A stretch of 64,000 nt of DNA from Sedimentisphaerales bacterium (GTDB taxonomy: Bacteria > Planctomycetota > Phycisphaerae > Sedimentisphaerales > SM23-30), in the NCBI GenBank assembly GCA_963663965.2, contig CAXXFK010000028.1:589212-653211 (forward strand). Direction: 5' to 3'. Under the pieces are notes generated by a model. The model was given only the letters and a program-made list of their open reading frames with translations, did not search any database and had not been told where the DNA came from. Below, piece by piece: positions 49,774-61,646 of the stretch. How positions within the stretch are numbered: position 1 is the stretch's first letter; every line of letters begins with the position of its first letter. Both the position numbers and the translations under genes were made by a program.

Positions 49774-51795
49774 TCATACCTTGAACTGGCTGACGAGAAA
49801 CTGAAGTTTTTCAGACATTTCTGATAATTCTCTGCTGGCATTTTGAGATTGTTCAGCACCTTGAGCCGTTTCTCTTGCAGTAGATTCGACTTTCACAATA
49901 GTCTGGGCAATTTCCTGGCTCGCCAAAGCGGATTGAGAGATTCCCTGAGTGACTTGATCGGTCGCCGATGCCGTCTGATGAATAATACGTGAAATATCTT
50001 GAGTTGTCAGATTTTGTCTTTCTACGGCCGAAGCAATTGTGCGTGAAATATTATTGACATCATGGATCACCTGGCTGATCTGATCGATGCTACCCACAGT
50101 GTCGCCAATACTGGAGCGGATGGTTTCGATAGTAACGGCGATATTTTGAGTCGCCTCGGCTGTTTGGCGAGCCAATTCTTTGACTTCATTGGCAACAACG
50201 GCAAATCCTTTTCCGGCATCGCCAGCTCTAGCCGCCTCAATTGTCGCGTTTAACGCTAATAGATTGGTTTGTTCGGCAATATCCTGTATCACCTGGATGA
50301 TCTGTCCGATTACATCGGCCGATTGACGTAGCTGGTCAACCTGTTTAGAACTCGATTCAGCCATCGTCCAGGCATTGTGGGCAATCGTAGCGGCCTGAGA
50401 GGTGTTCTGGGTGACTTCACCGATACTCGTATTCATCTCTTCGATCGCTTCCACCACGTTTTTAACGCTGGTGGACATTTCCCGGGTGGCACTGGCAATA
50501 TGATTCATATTCGTGGACATTTCTTCAGTTGCGGCAGCCACTGTGGTGGATTGAGTGGTTGTCTCGGTTGCACCGTTTGACATTTGAACGGAGGTGGCCG
50601 ATAATTCGGTGGCAGCGGAAGCAACCGTGGCGGCATGAGAGGTTATCTGACTGATAATGGTCTGGAGTTTTGCAATGAAGGTGTTAAAGTATGATGCCAG
50701 TTCAACCAGTTCTTTATTGCCAGAAACGGGCAACCGTTTGGTGAGATCGCCTTCGCCTTCAGAAATATCTTTAAGAATTCTTGCGGTACTATTGATCGGC
50801 CTGGATATCCGGGAGGCCATAAAGATGGCAAAACCGGTCATGATAATGAAAGTGACCATAAGACCTAGAGTAAGAATCATGAGAGCGGCGTGAGTCTCTT
50901 TCTGGATAAGAAAGCATTTATTTAAATTATTCTGGATTTCGTTTTCGATCAGGCCCGCGAGGTTTTCAATGGCATTCCGGGCGGATACCTGGAATTCTTC
51001 AACAGGAATTCCATATTGTCCTTCTCTGAAATGCGTTGCGATCGAGGTTACGGCCTGATTGATTTTTAACCAATCTGACGATTCTGGCAATTCGCTCAGA
51101 AGCTTGATGGTTTCTTTCGAGAGCGCCAGCGCTTTGGAAGAAAAATTACTATCGATTTGACCTTTGAGTAATATCTGTTCGATGAGATAGTCTTCAGAAA
51201 CAGGTTTGGCTTCACCTAAAATCTTGGTAAGATTCAAGCAAAGCAGGTTGGCATTTTCTTTGGCGGTTTCCAATACTAATAGCGAGGTCAAGACCTTGCC
51301 TACGCCTTTTGCTGTTGGTTGATTAATGAATTCTGTCATGGTTGACATCAAGTGATCAATCTTCTCGCTGTAAAGGGATGCGTATTGTGAAGGATTACCG
51401 GTAGAATTTTTGATCTCGTTGCGAAGATTAGTCAGAGCATTCATTTCCCGGGTGATATTCTCTTTATTTTCGGACGCAATGGTGCTGACAAGCAGGGTCG
51501 TTAGAAAGGTGTTTTTTAATGAATCCGTGGTTTGGAAGTGCATTTCCGGATGATTTTTGGATATTCCGGACAGATAGGTAGATGTTGCCGACCGTTCTTG
51601 CTGCAACTGGGCAATTAAATGGCTGGCGGCCTGGTAGCAATAGCCGTTATGTCGCATCTTTTCAACCAGTTGATAGGTTTTTATATGATCATTGATGATA
51701 AAAAAACTACCAATCGTTGCCAATAGTAACGGAAAGATCGCAGTGATCAAAACGCTTGTACGAATGGATAAGTTAAATCTTTTCATAGGTTCCAA
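49774..51795 (-). CDS. Methyl-accepting chemotaxis protein (NIT-like sensor, HAMP)
   Basis: [37 protein letters not shown]; two TM helices; LQQER in the sensor domain. Confidence 0.96.
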   Translation of the reverse strand: MEPMKRFNLSIRTSVLITAIFPLLLATIGSFFIINDHIKTYQLVEKMRHNGYCYQAASHLIAQLQQERSATSTYLSGISKNHPEMHFQTTDSLKNTFLTTLLVSTIASENKENITREMNALTNLRNEIKNSTGNPSQYASLYSEKIDHLMSTMTEFINQPTAKGVGKVLTSLLVLETAKENANLLCLNLTKILGEAKPVSEDYLIEQILLKGQIDSNFSSKALALSKETIKLLSELPESSDWLKINQAVTSIATHFREGQYGIPVEEFQVSARNAIENLAGLIENEIQNNLNKCFLIQKETHAALMILTLGLMVTFIIMTGFAIFMASRISRPINSTARILKDISEGEGDLTKRLPVSGNKELVELASYFNTFIAKLQTIISQITSHAATVASAATELSATSVQMSNGATETTTQSTTVAAATEEMSTNMNHIASATREMSTSVKNVVEAIEEMNTSIGEVTQNTSQAATIAHNAWTMAESSSKQVDQLRQSADVIGQIIQVIQDIAEQTNLLALNATIEAARAGDAGKGFAVVANEVKELARQTAEATQNIAVTIETIRSSIGDTVGSIDQISQVIHDVNNISRTIASAVERQNLTTQDISRIIHQTASATDQVTQGISQSALASQEIAQTIVKVESTARETAQGAEQSQNASRELSEMSEKLQFLVSQFKV

Positions 51796-52383
51796 CTTTT
51801 TTGAAAATATTCCAGTGAGGTCTTATCCACGTTGGTTAAGACATGATAACATTATCAATCTGTAATACTTAGACTATCGTGAATTTCACTATTGATATTC
51901 AGTTCAAAAAGCCTGATTGAATGAATCGTGGTACAATGTAGTTACGTCGCAAGGCTCAATTATTATGCAGGATATCATTCATTTATTTAGAATCTACCCA
52001 CTGAACAGGCTGGGAAGATGGAACCGTTAAGATTTTGTTATTAATTTGGCCTGCCTGAGAAATATAAAAATATGTTATTTCTGTTTGGGTGTTGTTTATG
52101 GGTGGCCATAGGTATTCAGGTTGCCCATAAAGTTTTCATGAAACGATATGACTTTTAATAATAAAATTGATTTGTGACAGTAGCTGGTATATTCACTATG
52201 TTTGTATGTATCGGTGGCAAGGTATCTTAATTATTCATTGGCGATTGGGTTTTTCCGGGAGGCGTCATGAATTGTCCGATAACTTTGCATGATGGCAGAT
52301 TGTTCGGTCTGTTATAAAGAAGAATGCTTTAAATTGATTATCTTAAATATTATTATATGAATGCAGGTATTCCGGCATAGCGG

Positions 52384-52494
52384 TCGCGAAATCCTCGACA
52401 TAGAATCGCACTGCCTGCGGTTTCGCTCAATCGGCGTGACGGAATCTGACAACAAGCTGTGCAATAAATGTAGCATTTATTTATGCGCGGCTCC
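52384..52494. mobile_element. Truncated second copy (right part) of the 2837-3015 MITE
   Basis: AAATCCTCGACATAGAA..TGCCTGCGGTTT.GCTCAATCGGCG.GAC.GAATCTGAC.ACAAGCTG..AGCATTTATTTAT then TTA. Confidence 0.85.
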
Positions 52495-52497
52495 TTA

Positions 52498-52839
52498 GTA
52501 GCGGCTTTTTTAAATGCGGATCCCGCCAAGGTGATCTTCAGCGACGATACCATTGAAGATCCTACGGTTACTTTCCCGCCGGTTTCGGGCACCTATATTT
52601 TGAGCCTGACGGCTGACGATACCACCCGTCAGGTGACCGATGAGGTTAATATTGTGGTTGTCGTACCGACCTGCGCCGATGTCCTGGCTGATGGTCTGGG
52701 GTATGCCATTGACCTGAGCGGTCCGGAAGGTGTGCCGGATTGTCACGTGGACATGTTTGATTTTATGGTACTCATTCAGGACTGGCTGAAATGTAACGAT
52801 CCTGCCGATCCGATTTGTGTCTGGCCTTATCAAAATTAA
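52498..52839 (+). pseudogene. C-terminal remnant of a secreted protein (PKD-like plus dockerin-like)
   Basis: DPTVTF..GTYILSLTADD and DL..DCHVDMFDF..IQDWL; no signal peptide; ORF start lies inside the MITE end. Confidence 0.65.
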
Positions 52840-52875
52840 GGTATTCCCTGAAATTAACAATTAATATCGTTTTTG

Positions 52876-52911
52876 AAACAGGCTTCTCATTCGGTTGAGG
52901 AGCCTGTTTTT
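52876..52911 (+). terminator. Intrinsic terminator
   Basis: AAACAGGCTTCTCA...TGAGGAGCCTGTTTTT. Confidence 0.75.
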
Positions 52912-53053
52912 ATTGATGAAAGAGTCACCGGATTACGAAGTGGTCAGCCGAGTCGACGGGGTTGTTTTCGGGTCATTAAAAAATTCTTGATATCTCCATG
53001 GGAACCGATCAAAATACACGGATATATCATTTATCCATATCGAGGAGTTTGTT

Positions 53054-54436
53054 ATGAGCCGATTATATATGGCAATTTTTACAGGGATTATATTGTTGAT
53101 TCCTGCCAGCCTGTGGGGCGCAAAGCGATCGCCTAACATCATTTTGATTATTGCCGACGATCTGGGCTATGGGGATGTTGGTTTTAATGGCAGCCAACAG
53201 ATCCGGACGCCGCATCTGGACAAACTGGCCCGGGCGGGTATGCGGATGACCAATGGGTATGTGTCGGCGCCGGTATGCAGTCCATCGCGAGCGGGATTAT
53301 TGACCGGACGTTACCAGGTTGAATTTGGCTATGACAATAATCTGGGCGGGGGTCAGAAGGGATTCGATCCTGAATACGAAGGATTGCCAGTCGAAGAGAA
53401 AACGATAGCTGATTACCTTAAGGAACGGGGATATGTTAATGGCATTATCGGCAAGTGGCATTTAGGGACCCGATCCCAATTTCATCCACTTAAGCGGGGT
53501 TTTGATGAATTCTGGGGGTTTCTGGGCGGAGGCCATAATTATTTTCCGGTTGAAAACCCCGGGGGTGGTTACACCAGCCAGATTGAATGTAGCTATAAAC
53601 AACCTGAAGACATCACTTACATGACTGATGATATTGGATCGGAGGCCGTGGATTTTATTGGCCGGCACAAGGCGGAGCCGTTTTTTTTATATGTGGCCTT
53701 TAATGCCCCGCACACCCCAATGCAGGCAACCAGCGAAGATTTAAAGCGTTATGAACATATAGAGAATAAACGGCGCCGAACCTATTGTGCGATGGTTCAT
53801 CGATTGGATGTCAATGTAGGCAGAATTGTTGAGGCCGTGGCGCAAAATGGATTGACGCAAGATACGATGATGGTGTTTATCAGCGATAATGGGGGGCCGG
53901 TTGACTCTAACGGTTCGATTAATGCGCCCTTGAATGGTCAGAAGGGAATTCTTCTGGAAGGCGGCATCAGGGTGCCTTTTGTGGTGGTCTGGCCGGGGCA
54001 GATCGCTTCCGGTAAAGTTTATCCTAACGCGGTTAGCAGCCTTGATTTTCTACCGACTTTTGTTGCAGTGGCAGGAGGGACCGCGCAGGATAAGAAGCTG
54101 GATGGCGTCAATCTGCTGCCATATCTGGCGGGAATTAATACCGGTTCTCCTCATGAAGCGATGTTCTGGCGATTTACTATCAGCGCGAGTATTCGAGAGG
54201 GGGATTGGAAATTGATACGGTTGCCTGACCGCTTGCCCATGCTGTTTAATTTGTCCAATGATATCTCAGAGCAGAATGATCTGGCTTTGATAGAACTGGA
54301 CCGAGCAAAAACCATGCTGAATCAGCTGGGGCAATGGGATGTTCAGCTGCCGCATCCGGTGTTTCTGGAGGGGGCGGAATGGAAATCCCGTCAATTAAAG
54401 CTTTATGATGTTTCCTATCCACTGGCACAGCCATAA
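53054..54436 (+). CDS. Exported Cys-type sulfatase (arylsulfatase A-like)
   Basis: PNIILIIADDLG, CSPSRAGLLTGR, GKWHLG, SDNGG, EGGIRVP. Confidence 0.95.
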   Translation: MSRLYMAIFTGIILLIPASLWGAKRSPNIILIIADDLGYGDVGFNGSQQIRTPHLDKLARAGMRMTNGYVSAPVCSPSRAGLLTGRYQVEFGYDNNLGGGQKGFDPEYEGLPVEEKTIADYLKERGYVNGIIGKWHLGTRSQFHPLKRGFDEFWGFLGGGHNYFPVENPGGGYTSQIECSYKQPEDITYMTDDIGSEAVDFIGRHKAEPFFLYVAFNAPHTPMQATSEDLKRYEHIENKRRRTYCAMVHRLDVNVGRIVEAVAQNGLTQDTMMVFISDNGGPVDSNGSINAPLNGQKGILLEGGIRVPFVVVWPGQIASGKVYPNAVSSLDFLPTFVAVAGGTAQDKKLDGVNLLPYLAGINTGSPHEAMFWRFTISASIREGDWKLIRLPDRLPMLFNLSNDISEQNDLALIELDRAKTMLNQLGQWDVQLPHPVFLEGAEWKSRQLKLYDVSYPLAQP

Positions 54437-54603
54437 ATATTGTAACGCTTGCAAAAACAATAGGTTAGCATCCGAAGCGTGAGGATGCAATTCCTTGGGT
54501 GAAGAAATTATGTCTCTTCCAAAGGGGGGATTGTTTTTGATATCCGGTTTTGGTATAATATGATAAACATTATAAATTCCTTTGCTGTGAAAGGTGGAGT
54601 GAT

Positions 54604-55512
54604 ATGTTATCAAAGAATCTAGTAAAATGGCTATGCCTATTCACCGTTGCCTGCGTAACCAGTCATTCCAGCGCAGAGTTGGTCGGGCTCGATCTAGAAC
54701 TTATACCGGTGGGAAGTGGTTGTAATAATTTAAATTTAACCGTAAGCGCTGATGCATTGGGAACCACCAAGAGCGATACCGATCAAACGGATGCTTCGGG
54801 GGCATTGAAAGTGCTTATCCAGGCTGAGTTTGAGCCAGATACGGCTGAACCCATATGGGTAACTTCTCTTGAATTTACCGGGGGGGATTTATCCCTGACC
54901 GATGTCGCTTTTAATCTGAATTATGGCTGGCTGTTGGGAAGCGTCAATATTCAAGGATCTGGTTTAGGGGGTACGGCCGATACCCCGAATCCTCCAGGTC
55001 CGGTGATTGACTCCAGTTTCAATACGGCCTGGCATGAACTGATCATGAATCGGGGGGTATTGGATGCCAGTGGAACAGGATTGGTGGGAGGGTTGTTTCC
55101 GCCAACGACGATCAACCTGGCGGATGAAGCGATTCATGCGACCACCCAGGGTAGCGGTACGATTGAGCTTTCGCTGATACAGATATCCGGTCGTACGGCG
55201 ACCTATCAGGTGGATCTGAGTATACCGGTTAATTTCAGTGAAAAAGTTCTGGAAGATACTGAAAATGGGATTATCGTTCGAGTGAGTGGCGTGGGAACAT
55301 TATGTGCCATGGGAGTTTTTAACCGGACCTATTGTCCGCTGGCCAGCGATCTGGACGATGATTGCAAAGTCACGCTATCCGACCTGGCCCAACTGGTATT
55401 ACAATGGCAGAAGACCGGTTGTACGCTTTCGGCAGATCTGGCGGGAGAGGATTGCCGGGTCGATCTGCTGGACTTTGCTTTTTTAACGACACAATGGCTG
55501 GCCGGTTTTTAA
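54604..55512 (+). CDS. Exported hypothetical protein with C-terminal dockerin-like repeats
   Basis: Signal peptide; SDLDDDCKVTLSDLAQLVLQW and ADLAGEDCRVDLLDFAFLTTQWL. Confidence 0.8.
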   Translation: MLSKNLVKWLCLFTVACVTSHSSAELVGLDLELIPVGSGCNNLNLTVSADALGTTKSDTDQTDASGALKVLIQAEFEPDTAEPIWVTSLEFTGGDLSLTDVAFNLNYGWLLGSVNIQGSGLGGTADTPNPPGPVIDSSFNTAWHELIMNRGVLDASGTGLVGGLFPPTTINLADEAIHATTQGSGTIELSLIQISGRTATYQVDLSIPVNFSEKVLEDTENGIIVRVSGVGTLCAMGVFNRTYCPLASDLDDDCKVTLSDLAQLVLQWQKTGCTLSADLAGEDCRVDLLDFAFLTTQWLAGF

Positions 55513-55589
55513 TTGTTTAATTAGCCATTGTCGATAAGAGGGGAAACGTTTTTGCCAGTATTGTTTAAGAACCATCAGGAGATCTGGTC

Positions 55590-56105
55590 ATGGATGCCAT
55601 GGATTGTATTTTCAACCGGCGGAGTATCCGGAAATTTAAACCGGAAAGACTCTCTTATGATGTATTGGAACGGATTGTCAGCGCAGGGATGTATGCTCCC
55701 AGCGCCCGTAATGAACAACCCTGGCAGTTTGTAATCATCGATAAGCGTGAAATTCTTGATGCCATTCCCGAGGTTCATCCACATGCCGCCATGTTGCGTG
55801 ATGCTCCGGCGGCTATCTGTGTCGCGGCGGATACCCGGCTGGATAAATGTCCCGGAGCGAATTACTGGATACAGGATTGTGCCGCGGCCACGCAAAATAT
55901 ATTACTGGCAAGTTATGCTGAAGGATTGGGGGCCTGCTGGCTGGGTACTTATCCTCGTCAGGAACGGATGGCGGGTATCCGAAAATTGTTGGAAATGCCT
56001 GAGGCGGTAATTCCTTTCAGCGTGATTGCACTGGGGTATCCCGCTGAGGCGCCGGGGCGACCGGACCGTTTTCTTAAAGGCCGTGTACATTGTAACTCTT
56101 TTTGA
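55590..56105 (+). CDS. Nitroreductase family protein
   Basis: RRSIRKF, APSARNEQPW, GLGACW, ALGYP. Confidence 0.95.
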   Translation: MDAMDCIFNRRSIRKFKPERLSYDVLERIVSAGMYAPSARNEQPWQFVIIDKREILDAIPEVHPHAAMLRDAPAAICVAADTRLDKCPGANYWIQDCAAATQNILLASYAEGLGACWLGTYPRQERMAGIRKLLEMPEAVIPFSVIALGYPAEAPGRPDRFLKGRVHCNSF

Positions 56106-56239
56106 TATAAGGCCTTATGTTGTTAATTGTGCTATTGTTAAATTCTGTTGTTCAATTTGACCGCAATATGTTATAATAGTAGTTCGTTTAAAAGAGAGAG
56201 ATTTATTAATACCTGAAACTAATTAATGGTGGCAATTTT

Positions 56240-56503
56240 ATGAATATGAATATATTAGCAATCTGGACGCCAGGTCCGATGGAAATGATCGTAATAGCAG
56301 CAGTGGGTTTAATTATCTTTGGTAATCGTTTGCCTGAAGTGGGACGCAGTCTGGGTAAAAGCATTATCGAATTTAAAAAAGGGATCAAAGGCGTGAAGGA
56401 TGAGATGGATAAAGCTGAGAATACGATGGAGACTAAATCCAACGCTTCAACGGTATCCAGCCAGACCTCGAGCACTGAAAACGATTATACCAAAGAAAGT
56501 TAA
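56240..56503 (+). CDS. tatA: Twin-arginine translocase TatA/E subunit
   Basis: GPMEM..IIFG.RLPEVGRSLGKSIIEFKKG. Confidence 0.93.
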   Translation: MNMNILAIWTPGPMEMIVIAAVGLIIFGNRLPEVGRSLGKSIIEFKKGIKGVKDEMDKAENTMETKSNASTVSSQTSSTENDYTKES

Positions 56504-56553
56504 TTCAATTCCCATTCGGGTATGAACCCCGACAGCCCCATTCAAAAATTTCG

Positions 56554-56579
56554 AAGCGGGACAGTGAGCCCCGCTTTTT
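56554..56579 (+). terminator. Terminator hairpin
   Basis: AAGCGGG...CCCGCTTTTT. Confidence 0.6.
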
Positions 56580-56693
56580 GTTTTTACGGAGCCATGTTTA
56601 TATAGATTTGTTATGAGCCAACGGAATCAAGGTCGATAACCCGTTGGCTGTGTCAGGTAAGCATCCCTGCGATTTAAGCCAAACAGTCTGGGT

Positions 56694-58008
56694 TTATTGC
56701 CGGTGATCAATCACTCGTCTGGCTTTGCCGGCAGAGCGTTCCAGCGTTTGCGGGGCGACCAGATTGACACGGGCGCGGATACCGGTGACTGACATGATTT
56801 CTTTGACAATACGCTCACGCAACGCCTGCATCTCACTCATTTTGTCAGAGAAATCCTGAGGGCGTATTTCGACGGATACGGTTAATTCATCCATGACCGA
56901 GGGCCGGGCCACTTCGATTAAATAGTGCGGGGCAGTCCCTTCAACACGAAGCAGGGCTTCTTCTATTTGAGACGGATAGACATTGGCGCCACGGATAATG
57001 AGCATATCATCGGTTCGCCCGATCACCCGGCTCATCCGTACCGTCGTGCGACCGCAGGGGCAGGGACTGTAATCCAGTGAAGCGATATCCCGGGTACGAT
57101 AGCGAATCAGCGGCATGGCCTGACGGGTCATCGATGTGAAGACCAGTTCACCGGGAGTACCGGGAGCGACCGGAGCAAGGGTGTCCGGATCCAGACATTC
57201 CACCAGAAAATGATCTTCCTGGATATGCATGCCATTCCGCGCAGCACATTCACCACTGACTCCGGGACCAATGACTTCACTGAGACCATAGTTATTAAAG
57301 GCCTTGATATCGAGTTGTTCTTCGATGGCCGCTCGCATATCTTCGGTCCAGGGTTCACCCCCGAAATGGCCGAATTGAATGGGAAGGCAGCAGGCCGGGA
57401 TCCTCCTGGGCCTGAGCGACTTCGGCGATTTGTAAGGCGTAACTGGGTGTGCAGATTAACACGTCCGCACCCAGATCCGTCATTAACATGATCTGTCGGG
57501 GGGTATTGCCGGATGATACCGGCACTATACCGGCGCCGACCTTTTCAATGCCATAATGTAATCCGAAGCCGCCGGTAAACAAGCCATAACCAAACGCAAT
57601 ATGAACCAGATGATCCGGTCTGAGACCACCGGCAACCAGAAACCGGGCGCATAAATTGGCCCAGAGATCGCGATCTTCGGCTGTATAAGCCATGAACGTC
57701 GGTTTGCCGGTCGTTCCAGAGGATCCGTGGATTCTGGCGATTTTCGAACGATCAACGGTCAGAAAGCCCAGGGGATAATGTTGTCGCAGATCTTCTTTGG
57801 TGGTGAAGGGTAATTTCTGGATATCCTCCGGATTTTTGATAATTGAAGAAGTGATTCCCATTTCATCGAATTTGGCCCGATAGAAAGGGACTTCCTGAAC
57901 GCGCTGAATACACGACTGTAATCGCGTTACCTGCAACAGCGAGAGTTCCTCGCGGGTAACTGTTTCAACCGGATCCCAGATTCGATTTTCGCACACAAAT
58001 TCGGTCAT
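56694..58008 (-). CDS. paaK: Phenylacetate-CoA ligase family protein, copy 2 (apparent frameshift near 57385-57410)
   Basis: HGSSGTTGKP, YGLFTGG, CTPSY in one frame; GGEPW, YGLSE, RYRTRD, GRTDDM in the next. Confidence 0.9.
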
Positions 58009-58072
58009 AAAAAAAGTTCCTCAAGTTCTCGGTGTATTCATCGTGATGCAAAATCATAAAATCGTAGATTTT

Positions 58073-58516
58073 TCAACCTTGTTCGATCCGCTGGAACAGT
58101 TCTTCGCTTTCGAGCACCTTGATTCCTTTGTTTTTCAGTTGATCGATTGCCAGGTCAATATCCTCAAAGCTAAACACAATGATGGCCTTATTCTCCTTGC
58201 GGTAGGTAAACGCATACATGTATTCGACATTGAGCGCCAATACGTCAATGGCTTCCAGGACCGATTCCAGGCCGCCGGCCTGATCTTCCATCTCAATCGC
58301 GACAACGTTGGTTATCTTGACGACATATCCGGATTTTTCCAGGCGATCACGGGCGGTTTTCCAGTCTTGAACAATCAGCCGCAAAATTCCGAATTGCTGG
58401 GTATCGGCCAGCGAAATCGTTAAAATGTTGATACCCGCTTCGGCCAGGATTTTACAGGGTTCACTCAAGCGGCCAGGCTGGTTTTCGAGAAAAAGTGACA
58501 ACTGGTTCAATTTCAT
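58073..58516 (-). CDS. Tandem ACT-domain protein
   Basis: QLSLFLENQPGRL, ADTQQFGILRLIV, NVEYMYAF. Confidence 0.93.
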   Translation of the reverse strand: MKLNQLSLFLENQPGRLSEPCKILAEAGINILTISLADTQQFGILRLIVQDWKTARDRLEKSGYVVKITNVVAIEMEDQAGGLESVLEAIDVLALNVEYMYAFTYRKENKAIIVFSFEDIDLAIDQLKNKGIKVLESEELFQRIEQG

Positions 58517-58555
58517 GGCATAACTCCTTTCGCAGAGGCGTGATACTCATCGGCA

Positions 58556-59890
58556 TCAATCCATTTTACGGTTATCAATCAGCCGTTTGGCTTTGCCTTC
58601 ACTGCGTTTGATCGTTTGGGGTTGGACAAGCGTAATCCGGGCACGAATACCAAGAATATGTTCCACAGAATGGGTTAGTTTATTTTGGAGGCTTTCCATG
58701 GCTTTTACTTTATCGCTGAAAAATTCAGGTGTGACTTCGACCTGGATTTCCATATTATCCAGGCCTTTTTCACGAGTCAGAATAATCTGATAATGGGGCA
58801 GGGTTCCTTCCACTGCCAGTAATGCTTCTTCGATCTGTGAGGGGAAGACATTGACGCCGCGAATAATAAACATATCGTCGCTACGGCGTCCCACCCGGCG
58901 AATGCGACGAATGGTTCGTCCACACGGGCAGGGTTCTGTCATCAGTGTCGTAATATCACGCGTACGATAACGAATCATCGGCATGGCCCATTTGGCCAGA
59001 GTCGTTAATACCAGTTCGCCTTCCGTGCCGTCTGGCAGCGGTTCGCCCGTTTGAGGATCGATAATTTCGGGGTAGAAGAAATCTTCAAAGATATGCAACC
59101 CTTCCTGGGCGCAGCAGGCGCTGGCTACACCGGGTCCGATAATTTCGGACAGGCCATAGATGTCGTATGCTTTAATTCCAGAAAATTGTTCGATGCGAAT
59201 GCGCATTTCTTCTGTCCAGGGTTCAGCCCCAAAGATACCGGCTTTCAGGGGGAGTTGCCGGATATCAATTCCCATTTCACCGGCCTTTTCCATAATATGC
59301 AGGAAATAGCTGGGGGTACAACAGATTGCCGTAACGCCGAAGTCTTTCATGACCATGATCTGGCGTTCGGTGTTGCCGCCTGAAGTGGGGATGACCGTGG
59401 CGCCCAGCGCTTCACCGCCATAATGAGCCCCCAGACCGCCAGTGAACAGGCCATAGCCATAGGAGTTCTGGATGATGTCACCGCGGGACAGGCCACAGCA
59501 CGTAAAAGTCCGTTTCATGGCCTGACTCCAGACGTCGACATCTTCTTTGGTATACGCGACCACAATCGGTTTACCCGTCGTGCCACTGGAAGCGTGCAGC
59601 CGTACCACATCGTGCATGTCGACAGCAAATAATCCAAAGGGATACGTATCTCTTAAGTCTGTTTTAACTGTGAATGGCAGTTTCTGGATATCATTCAGAT
59701 CCTTAATACTCTCCGGATTGATGGAACGCGCTTGCATCCGCTGGCGAATCAGTTCCACTTTGCCATAGGCATGCGCGACGATTCTTTTGAGGCGATCCAG
59801 TTGGTATTGGCGCAGTTGAGCAACCGGTATATAGTCCATTGCACTGGCGGGATCAAAGTTACATGATGACGAAGAATGGGAACAGGTCAT
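58556..59890 (-). CDS. paaK: Phenylacetate-CoA ligase family protein, copy 1
   Basis: HASSGTTGKP, GAEPW, DIYGLSE, RYRTRD, RSEGKAKR. Confidence 0.95.
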   Translation of the reverse strand: MTCSHSSSSCNFDPASAMDYIPVAQLRQYQLDRLKRIVAHAYGKVELIRQRMQARSINPESIKDLNDIQKLPFTVKTDLRDTYPFGLFAVDMHDVVRLHASSGTTGKPIVVAYTKEDVDVWSQAMKRTFTCCGLSRGDIIQNSYGYGLFTGGLGAHYGGEALGATVIPTSGGNTERQIMVMKDFGVTAICCTPSYFLHIMEKAGEMGIDIRQLPLKAGIFGAEPWTEEMRIRIEQFSGIKAYDIYGLSEIIGPGVASACCAQEGLHIFEDFFYPEIIDPQTGEPLPDGTEGELVLTTLAKWAMPMIRYRTRDITTLMTEPCPCGRTIRRIRRVGRRSDDMFIIRGVNVFPSQIEEALLAVEGTLPHYQIILTREKGLDNMEIQVEVTPEFFSDKVKAMESLQNKLTHSVEHILGIRARITLVQPQTIKRSEGKAKRLIDNRKMD

Positions 59891-60063
59891 TAAATGCCTC
59901 CTTCATATTGGCGGTTTTTATCTACCTGAGTGATAAAAATTCCTGCCTCAATTCTGGATAATTTATTTAAAAGCCAGCCTCTTGGGCGGCCCACCACGGC
60001 TTAAATTAATAATATCAAGATATCATAAAAAATCATGGCTGCCAAACGCTAATTTAACATAAA

Positions 60064-61646
60064 TTAATGCAAAGAATAGATATGGAAACAATCTTTTTTC
60101 CGGCGAGGTTCAAATGAGAAAATCGATTGTCCGTTTCTACTGTTAATCAGAAGTTGAAGCCCCAAATCATCAATTTGGTTTTGATTGATTAGCAGATAGT
60201 GAACGTTGTTGTCAATCTGGCCGGGATGGGTAATATAGTCCAACGGTTCGCGTATATAATACAGAAATATTTGCTCCTGGGGATCAAACGCATAAAGTGT
60301 TTCTCCGGCGGGAGAATTTCATTGATCCTGAGTCCCCAAGGTTTTCTCGATTGATGATCTTCTATTAACATCCCACCAAAAATGGCGTAATTCATTGATC
60401 CCAACATAATGGCACACGCTAGTACGGAAAGCACTTTCACCGAACCGGTCAATTGGCTTCGATACCGCCATACGCCAAACGACATCAGGATGCCAAGGGT
60501 GACGGGCATCAGGCCGATTTTGTGGTAACCTGTAATAGCATAGAGGATTAACGCGGTGACCGACAACAGGCTGATTGCGATTGACAGGGTTTTTAAAAGC
60601 TGTTTATCCTGATTAGGATTGGCAGGCAGCAGAGGGATAATCCATCCCAGTAAGAGACATAATATCGGGATAACCGGCATGGAATATCTGGCTTCCGAGG
60701 CGGGTAATAAGGTAATCATTATAAAACCGCTAACACCGGCATTTCGAATCGCCCTGAATGTTTTTTGCTTATCGTTTTCCAATGAGTTTATTATCGATTT
60801 TTTCCATAGCAAACCTGCCAGTAATAACCACGGCATCAAGTTTAAGAAGGAGCGGCCAAAGACTTCCAATCGATTCATCCAGTTCAGGTTATCCGGCCAG
60901 AATCTTATTAAGATTTCTGAACTCCATCGAGATAGCATCCGATCCGTTTGAACCTGACTGGATGCCGCCTGGGTCCAGACAATGAAAAGTCCCGCCCAGA
61001 TCAGGATTGATAAAAAATGGGCAGCACAGAAAAGCGAACGCCATTTATGGGCATAAATGGCCACTAACAGCACTACCAGGTAAAAGACGATGATTATGAC
61101 AGGCCCTTTTGTAAATAAACCCAAGGTCAGGAAGATGCTCGATCCCAGCCACATTGACCAGGAAGAATATTGGCCCAGCCAGCCGCGTAACCACCAGTAT
61201 AATGCCAGTCCGGTGGATGCGACATAAACCGATTCAATTTCAATGAGACGGCCCCGCTCCAAGATGCTGATCGTCGTCAAATATAACAAAGCCATTATCA
61301 TACGCTGATCAGGAGTAAATGCCCGATTGGGCAGAATGATTAAAAATCCCGCGAAAACAAGCGGAAACAATGCCGAAGGCAATCTGGCGCTCCATTCATC
61401 TTGCCGGCCGCATAGTTTGATAGAAAGGGCACAAAGCCAATTGATCATGGGGGGTTTATTCAGATAGGGGCGACCACTGATTTCAGGCAGGATCCAGTTG
61501 CCGGATTTAAGCATGGCTACCCCAGGAAGCACACGAAGACCTTCCTCCCCACGTAATTCCATGCTATTTAAGCCCGCTAAATAGGCGCCGGCCCAGATAA
61601 AAGCTATGCAAAGCGTATAATAGATTAATTTAGGGTCTTTTGCCAT
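60064..61646 (-). CDS. ArnT/GT-C-like membrane glycosyltransferase (apparent frameshift near 60300)
   Basis: EE.R, PYLNKPP, SARLPSA, TKGPV; the frame TLYAFDPQEQIFLYYIRE continues to TAA at 60064-60066. Confidence 0.85.

Noticed and set aside
49609..52500. Genomic island integrated at tRNA-Tyr
   Set aside because: No duplicated tRNA 3' end and no integrase seen
56694..59890. Tandem paaK-ACT-paaK as a novelty
   Set aside because: This arrangement is familiar from anaerobic bacteria and archaea
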